Below, one piece after another: positions 58,695-64,000 of a stretch of 64,000 nt of DNA (position 1 is the stretch's first letter; the number at the start of each line of letters is the position of its first letter). The stretch is from a virus. Where the stretch lies: positions 12,246 to 76,245 of the IMG/VR virus record IMGVR_UViG_3300013137_000013; one strand, written 5' to 3'. The notes below the pieces were generated by a model. That model saw nothing but the letters and a program-made list of their open reading frames with translations. It was not told the origin of the DNA and made no database searches. The translations under genes were made by a program, and so were the position numbers.

Positions 58695-60398
58695 ATGGAA
58701 AATAAAGAAATATATCCTGAAGGAACAGTAAATCAAACAGAGGAATTTGCTTTGCGCCAAAAAATTAAAAAATTAGTAGGCGAAAATGTTGAAGAAGTAA
58801 TTAAAGAAGAAACCATTAAAGCCTTTGAAGATTTAGGTTATGAGGAAAAAGATGGTTACATGTTTGTTGTTGCTGCTGGTGGAAAAGACAATAAAGAAAA
58901 AGAAGTTGGAAAAGGCACGCAAGAAGGCAAATTAAATGTTACCGTTTCCATTCCAAAAATGCTTAACATGGGCGCTGTAAAACCAGTTTCCTACATGCAA
59001 AAAGTAGTTACTTTTGGTGGGAAGAAAATTGTTAGTGAAATTTACCTAGAAATTAAAGACAGAACTGTTCACATTGAATATAAAAACACTGAGGCCGCAT
59101 CCTTTCACCCTTCGTCAGATAAAGACACATATGCACCAAACCAACTTAACAAAAACGGTGTAATTTCTGGAATAGAAAATGAAAAAACCTTTAGAAAAGA
59201 TTTTAAAGACTTTTTTGAATCAATTGCAAAAGCTGAAGCCATGTATTTGGTTGGTACTAAAATAGCAAATGATGATAAAATTGAAAAAAATATGAATGAT
59301 TCAATTGTAAAAGAAAATAAACATAGCATGAAACTAACAGACCTTTTTTCAAGTTCCTTTGAGGAAGTTGGGAATCAAATAGACAATCTTATGAAAGAAT
59401 CTCTTGAATTAAAAGAGGGCGAAAAGAAAGGTGACAAAAAAGATTCTTATGGTACCCCAGCAACTTCTACTGGCAAGCCAACTGACAAAAAACTTGTTAT
59501 TGGAAGCGAAGATAAAACAGAAGAAGAAAAAAATGAAAATACGGTAGAAGAAATAACAGCTTCTGGCGGAAATGCAGCTGGAGGTGCTTTCCTTACTCCT
59601 CATTCTTTTACAAATGATGGAAAAACAAAAGCTTTTAAAACAAACAAAGACCTTGGTTATACAGAAGTTAAAATGAACGAAGCAGTAAAAAATACAACCT
59701 ATGGAGCAATGAGAACTCCAAGAGCTCATCTTGAAAGACAAGAAAATGGTTCTTACAAACTCATCACAGAATCTGATTTGAAAACCCCTTATACCGAAAC
59801 TGTTCCTATGGGAAAAGATGGATGGCCACCAGAAGGAATGGAACATCCTTTCGCTATGGGAAAACATGGAGTTCCAGTAAATAGTCCAGAAGAACTTAAA
59901 GAAACTGGACACGGCGATTTAAGTCAATTGGAAAAAAAGGAAGATGAAGACAAAAAAGGTTTGGAAGAAAACTATCAAAAGTCTCTTAATTTGACAAAAA
60001 GGAAATTTACTTCTTTGAAAGAAAATGAAGAAAAGGGAATTAACAAAAGATATATAATTACCGAAAAACTTTCAAAAGAAGACCAGACAAAAAGATGGAA
60101 GACACTGTATGAAAACGACTGTTTCTGTGGGATAAAAGACCAGCAGGACATTGTTTCAAGAGGCGAATATGAAAATAAAGCTGACAAAGAATTTGCAGCA
60201 AACAACCCAATTGAATCTAATTTGTGTGATACCCCATATTCTGGAGAACAAGAAGGATTTGTTGACGTTCCAAAAACAAAGGACAGCATGATTGTTTTTA
60301 GACTTTCAGAATCCGATGTTAAAGCAAACAAAATGTACTTAATTGACCACTTCACTAAAAAATTAGTTCTTAATCCCCTGTATAAACCACAGGAGTAA
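58695..60398 (+). CDS. Late Glu-rich protein (putative head-internal protein with multiple processing sites)
   Basis: Repeated hydrophobic-x-E sites: VIKEE, VKEN, MKES, LKEG, VEEI, MNEA, ITES, LEEN, LKEN, ITEK, LYEN, LSES. Confidence 0.6.
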   Translation: MENKEIYPEGTVNQTEEFALRQKIKKLVGENVEEVIKEETIKAFEDLGYEEKDGYMFVVAAGGKDNKEKEVGKGTQEGKLNVTVSIPKMLNMGAVKPVSYMQKVVTFGGKKIVSEIYLEIKDRTVHIEYKNTEAASFHPSSDKDTYAPNQLNKNGVISGIENEKTFRKDFKDFFESIAKAEAMYLVGTKIANDDKIEKNMNDSIVKENKHSMKLTDLFSSSFEEVGNQIDNLMKESLELKEGEKKGDKKDSYGTPATSTGKPTDKKLVIGSEDKTEEEKNENTVEEITASGGNAAGGAFLTPHSFTNDGKTKAFKTNKDLGYTEVKMNEAVKNTTYGAMRTPRAHLERQENGSYKLITESDLKTPYTETVPMGKDGWPPEGMEHPFAMGKHGVPVNSPEELKETGHGDLSQLEKKEDEDKKGLEENYQKSLNLTKRKFTSLKENEEKGINKRYIITEKLSKEDQTKRWKTLYENDCFCGIKDQQDIVSRGEYENKADKEFAANNPIESNLCDTPYSGEQEGFVDVPKTKDSMIVFRLSESDVKANKMYLIDHFTKKLVLNPLYKPQE

Positions 60399-60414
60399 AT
60401 AAACCTATATTAAT

Positions 60415-60443
60415 AAAAATCCATCAATTTGATGGATTTTTTT
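60415..60443 (+). terminator. Rho-independent terminator
   Basis: AAAAATCCATCA-ATT-TGATGGATTTTTTT. Confidence 0.75.
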
Positions 60444-60487
60444 GATTTTAGTTTTTATTATTACTATATTTTAGAAAAAACCAAAAT

Positions 60488-61006
60488 ATGAATTCTACAA
60501 AGGATATTAAAGTAACATTTTTAGAAAGTGCCAAATATACGAGCACGGAAAAAATCAGAGTCTTTTTCAAAGACCTTTTTAACAATGACATCCAAATTGA
60601 TTTACGCCCTGGGGAAGTCGTTTATTCGCAAACAGACTACCTTTCAAACTCTTTGAGAATATATTCAAAAAAAGGAATTATCAACATTCAGGAAGAAAGT
60701 AAACCTGGATTTTTAGATTATTATGTTGGCTATAAACAAGAAGAAGTTGATAATAAATATTTCCTCTTCAATTTGCAAAACTCTTTAAAAAAACCTTTAG
60801 AAAAGCAAGAGAAACCAAAAAAAGAAATAGCAAAACCAACTGCAGAAGTCAAAATCAAAGAGGATGATTTAACAGTTGTTGACAAAGCTATTAAAAACGC
60901 TAAAAAATATTCAGAAAAGAAGAAATCCAGAAGCAGAAAAGGACCTGGAAGGCCAAAGAAGAGAGGTCCCAAAAAAGGCTCAAAAAGAAAGAAATCGGAG
61001 GAATAA
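60488..61006 (+). CDS. Hypothetical protein with AT-hook-like basic C-terminal tail
   Basis: RKGPGRPKKRGPKKGSKRKK. Confidence 0.65.
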   Translation: MNSTKDIKVTFLESAKYTSTEKIRVFFKDLFNNDIQIDLRPGEVVYSQTDYLSNSLRIYSKKGIINIQEESKPGFLDYYVGYKQEEVDNKYFLFNLQNSLKKPLEKQEKPKKEIAKPTAEVKIKEDDLTVVDKAIKNAKKYSEKKKSRSRKGPGRPKKRGPKKGSKRKKSEE

Positions 61007-61009
61007 CAC

Positions 61010-61270
61010 ATGGTAATTAAAAGCTTTAAAATCAAAAGAAGCGATTTTGAGAAAAAGCCAATTACCATATTTCAACACAAATTAAGAGTTTTAATGAAGT
61101 GTTATACGATAAGAGAGCTTGTTCTCGATGAAGTAAACTTCACTATTAGATTTAAAAAAAGTCATAAAATTAATGGTTTAAAAATGGAAGACCCTAAAGA
61201 ATATACTGGTACTTACGAGATTGCTGAAGCCGAAAATATTTCAGAACTTACACTCAAACTTATGATATAA
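61010..61270 (+). CDS. Hypothetical protein
   Basis: ORF in operon. Confidence 0.65.
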   Translation: MVIKSFKIKRSDFEKKPITIFQHKLRVLMKCYTIRELVLDEVNFTIRFKKSHKINGLKMEDPKEYTGTYEIAEAENISELTLKLMI

Positions 61271-62046
61271 TGGATTTTTCTGATTTAACCAAAAGGGAAC
61301 TACATATTAAATCCATTTTTCTCCCAGAAATCAAAAGCCCCCAAAAAGAGTACTTATCCGAAGAAAAGGTTTATGAAATCATCAAGGGCATATCTGGCAT
61401 AGGGGAAAGATGTGGCTTTGTTGGAAATAAAGAAAATCAAGATTTGGAAAAGTCTTCAAAAAGAAAACATAAATACGATGTTTGGATTGCAAAAGAAATT
61501 AAGAAAAATCTTGATTTATTAAACCAATTTAGCAAAATTCGTTTTATCTTAGACTGGGCTATTCAAACAAAAGCAGATATATTCCTTTATTCTTTTGATG
61601 AAGCATTTAAACAACAAGAAGCATGGCACAAAGAGTTATTTGCCAAATATGATGTCGAAGAATTAGAAATTCAGGAAATTGATAATGATAGAGTATTGTT
61701 TAGATGTTCAGATAAAAAACACTTCATTTACTTACTTACAGCTGAAGATTTGACATATGAGGGCAAGGCAATGAGCATGTGCGTGGGTGGAGATAATTAT
61801 AAAACTAGCGTAAGAAACAATATGTCTATTATAATTTCCCTACGTGATGAAAAAAACCAACCACACGTAACTACAGAAATAGGAGTCCAAAGCGGTGACA
61901 TTATTCAACAATACGGAAAAGGAAACTCCAATCCTTTGCCAGAATATAAAAGATTGTTTTTAGAATTTGTACTATTTGCTACGAATTACGAAGAATTAAA
62001 CAATAACGAGACATTGCGCTTGTTAAATTTAAACCAGACCCTTTGA
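61270..62046 (+). CDS. PcfJ-like domain protein
   Basis: ILDW...QEAWH...LTYEGKAMSMCVGG..Y..ISLRDEKNQPHVTTE..QQYGKGNS.P. Confidence 0.7.
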   Translation: MDFSDLTKRELHIKSIFLPEIKSPQKEYLSEEKVYEIIKGISGIGERCGFVGNKENQDLEKSSKRKHKYDVWIAKEIKKNLDLLNQFSKIRFILDWAIQTKADIFLYSFDEAFKQQEAWHKELFAKYDVEELEIQEIDNDRVLFRCSDKKHFIYLLTAEDLTYEGKAMSMCVGGDNYKTSVRNNMSIIISLRDEKNQPHVTTEIGVQSGDIIQQYGKGNSNPLPEYKRLFLEFVLFATNYEELNNNETLRLLNLNQTL

Positions 62047-62064
62047 AATAATATTTTCCTGCAA

Positions 62065-62072
62065 TATTTATA
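62065..62072 (+). promoter_or_regulatory. Putative late promoter TATTTATA
   Basis: Upstream of 62084. Confidence 0.7.
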
Positions 62073-62083
62073 AACAAAAAGTT

Positions 62084-62878
62084 ATGTGGACAAAAATCAA
62101 AAATTACATCCAGGCAATTGTAGCTATTGCTGGGGTATTATTCCTGATGCTTTTTCTGAATCAGTGTAATCAAACAAGAAAACTCAAAAAAGAATTAGCA
62201 CGTCAAGAGCAAATTGCCAAACAAAATTATGCTGCTCTAAATGATTCTATTAAGGTTTATAAAAATTTATTAGGGGAAACATCCTTCAGTAAGCCTATAG
62301 CCGAAATGAATGCCGAAGATATTAAAAAATATTTTCCTTCTCTTTATGATAGATTAAAGGCAGAATTAGGAGAAGTAAAAATTATATGGAAAACACAATT
62401 TGTATATAAGGATACTGGCTCTGTTATAAATGCTATAGTTAAACTTGATAGTAATGAATATGCTTTAAAATATGATTATTATTCAACCGATAGTTCTCTG
62501 CACATAAAGTCATCAAATACTTTCTTCGCAAACCCAATTCTCGTTGATAAAGAAAAGAATCAATACTCAATAATCACAAAATCAGGTATTTCAACCATAG
62601 ATGATGTGAGTTTAAAAATGGGATTTACCACTGGAATTAAAAAAGAGGGCGATTTATATAAAATATTCATAACCCCCAGCAGCTCAAAAATCGTTATAAC
62701 GCAATTAGAAGGCGCAGACGTGTCTAATATGATTAACCCACCTATTTCTCCAACCAAGAACAAAAGATGGTCTATAGGTCTTTATATTGGGTATGGAATA
62801 GCTTTTGGAAGTGATGGTAAATATACATTAGGTCCAGGGGTCGGGATAAGCTTGCAGTATTCCATACTCAAGTTTTAG
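62084..62878 (+). CDS. Membrane-anchored coiled-coil protein with C-terminal amphipathic beta-hairpin (spanin candidate)
   Basis: N-terminal TM and coiled coil; ends KRWSIGLYIGYG...GPGVGISLQYSILKF. Confidence 0.55.
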   Translation: MWTKIKNYIQAIVAIAGVLFLMLFLNQCNQTRKLKKELARQEQIAKQNYAALNDSIKVYKNLLGETSFSKPIAEMNAEDIKKYFPSLYDRLKAELGEVKIIWKTQFVYKDTGSVINAIVKLDSNEYALKYDYYSTDSSLHIKSSNTFFANPILVDKEKNQYSIITKSGISTIDDVSLKMGFTTGIKKEGDLYKIFITPSSSKIVITQLEGADVSNMINPPISPTKNKRWSIGLYIGYGIAFGSDGKYTLGPGVGISLQYSILKF

Positions 62879-62890
62879 TAATTTTCTCAT

Positions 62891-62898
62891 TATTTATA
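62891..62898 (+). promoter_or_regulatory. Putative late promoter TATTTATA
   Basis: Upstream of 62914. Confidence 0.7.
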
Positions 62899-62913
62899 TA
62901 AAATCAAAGTACT

Positions 62914-63492
62914 ATGGAAGCAAACAAAAAAGTCAAGGGCTATGCTGAAAAATTAATCACGCTATTAGCCAAAAAAATGGACTTAGACATTACAAAATAC
63001 GACATGAATGAATTAGTCCAAGGAATGTTAGTTGAATTAGAACATGGTAGTCAAAATGATAAAACAAATGTTACCGACGACAATCCAACAGAAACCTTTA
63101 AAATAGTTTTAGTACATATGGACGAATTGCCAGACTACTATACCAGATTAGAAAAAATGGAAAAAGAAGCTGGTTTAGTAAAAACTGAAACTCAAGAAGA
63201 AACCGAAGAAAGTTCTGAGGAAGACTCAGAAGAAGAAACTGAAGAAAAAAAACTTACTATGGAAAATGCTGCTAAAAGATTTAAAGAACTTTGTGGTATA
63301 GTTGAAAATGATGAAAAAAAACAACTAAAGAACGCTCTTTATCAAGAAAAGCCCAAAAAAACTCTTTTGAAAGAAGAAATAGACCCAACTAAATTCGATA
63401 TTGTTAAATTTAGCAACGATGGTCTTGGAGAAAAAGGCTCAGACGAGGAAATTGACCTCTATAAAATGCAAACTAAAACGAAAAAACTTTAA
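62914..63492 (+). CDS. DUF5661-like protein with acidic linker
   Basis: ELVQGMLVELEHG..TNVTDDNP..T.KI.L.H.DELPDYYTRLEKME. Confidence 0.65.
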   Translation: MEANKKVKGYAEKLITLLAKKMDLDITKYDMNELVQGMLVELEHGSQNDKTNVTDDNPTETFKIVLVHMDELPDYYTRLEKMEKEAGLVKTETQEETEESSEEDSEEETEEKKLTMENAAKRFKELCGIVENDEKKQLKNALYQEKPKKTLLKEEIDPTKFDIVKFSNDGLGEKGSDEEIDLYKMQTKTKKL

Positions 63493-63494
63493 AA

Positions 63495-63528
63495 TAAAAT
63501 GGGGGCTTTTGCCCCCCCCATTTTTTTT
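63495..63528. terminator. Bidirectional terminator
   Basis: AAAATGGGGG...CCCCCATTTTTTTT between convergent genes. Confidence 0.7.
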
Positions 63529-63796
63529 ATTTATTTCCGCCAAATATTTTTGCAAAAAACTTTTTTGGTTTCGCATCTGGCACTCCAGAAATAACTTGTT
63601 CTTTAACTCTTGCCCCTTCAAGTTGACTAAATGCTGTAGAAATAACATCTGAAACGATGTCGTGAGCAAGCACTTTTAACATAATAGTTTTTTCTTCAGC
63701 TGAAACTTCTTGATTATTCCAAATAGCAATTTTATTATGAACTCTGATAATCATCTTATCCATATCAATTGCCACTTCTTTTTTGTTTTCTTCCAT
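63527..63796 (-). CDS. Hypothetical protein
   Basis: Start set at MEENKK; the track's longer N-terminus runs through the IS left end. Confidence 0.7.
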   Translation of the reverse strand: MEENKKEVAIDMDKMIIRVHNKIAIWNNQEVSAEEKTIMLKVLAHDIVSDVISTAFSQLEGARVKEQVISGVPDAKPKKFFAKIFGGNK

Positions 63797-63810
63797 ATTG
63801 ATTTTTTTAT

Positions 63811-64000
63811 AAAGTTTTCGCCAAGAAAACCCATTCGTCACGAAGTGCGGATGGGATGAATTGGCGTTTGCTTTTGTAAATATACGAAAATTTTTTAAAA
63901 TAGTTACGAATAAATTCAATTTTATAAAATTTTTATATATTTGTATATAGAACATATAAAAAAATAGATGTTAAAGGCATATAAATATAGGATATTTCCG
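63811..64000 (+). mobile_element. IS200/IS605-family (IS1341-like, tnpB-first) element, truncated by the window end
   Basis: TTTAT target, then left-end hairpin CGCCAA..CCCATTCG-T-CAC-GAA-GTG-CGGATGGG..TTGGCG, promoter TATATTTG at 63936-63943, then the tnpB start. Confidence 0.85.
63968..64000 (+). CDS. tnpB: TnpB RNA-guided nuclease, first 11 codons only
   Basis: MLKAYKYRIFP is a typical TnpB N-terminus and lies downstream of an IS605-type left end. Confidence 0.8.
   Translation, partial: MLKAYKYRIFP

Noticed and set aside
201-63669. Numerous 60-170 aa antisense or alternate-frame ORFs nested in long genes (e.g. 11686-12072, 40311-40697, 49670-50131, 59409-59912)
   Set aside because: Shadow ORFs with Phe/Ser/Leu-biased composition, no promoters and no recognisable motifs.
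1-64000. Stop-codon reassignment as seen in some large Bacteroidota phages
   Set aside because: Long genes are intact under the standard code, and the TAG stops I checked (22028, 25033, 62878) are followed closely by other stops.

Overview
This is a 64 kb, very AT-rich, gene-dense segment of a large (probably jumbo) T4-like myophage. The host is very likely a Bacteroidota bacterium: non-structural genes carry TAnnTTTG promoters, start codons lack Shine-Dalgarno sites, and one lipoprotein is Bacteroidota-type. Layout: 1-9.8 kb is an accessory/modification block (two SAM methyltransferases, a KamA radical-SAM aminomutase, a T5 A1-like nuclease, two glycosyltransferases, a gp55-like late sigma factor). 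9.8-36.4 kb is the tail/baseplate module (gp5-like spike, gp25, gp6-like wedge, gpI-like wedge, tail-collar paralogues, SHAEG-repeat fibre). 36.5-46.9 kb covers replication and recombination (RuvC, primase, fused SbcD-SbcC, Cas4-like nuclease, SNF2 helicase). 46.9-63.8 kb holds an endolysin and many late, Glu-rich proteins that may be packaged in the head. Sixteen genes have an exact TATTTATA directly upstream; this is the reverse complement of the T4 late promoter. The best sequence-level discovery is a nested IS200/IS605 family at TTTAT sites: a tnpB element cut by the right window edge, a 159-bp derivative keeping only the left end plus an apparently intact omega-RNA, and a 52-bp single-hairpin element. 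The most speculative system-level idea is virion protein glycosylation at a recurring [ST][GA]x[ST] motif. All protein family calls come from motif recognition by eye; no database searches were run.
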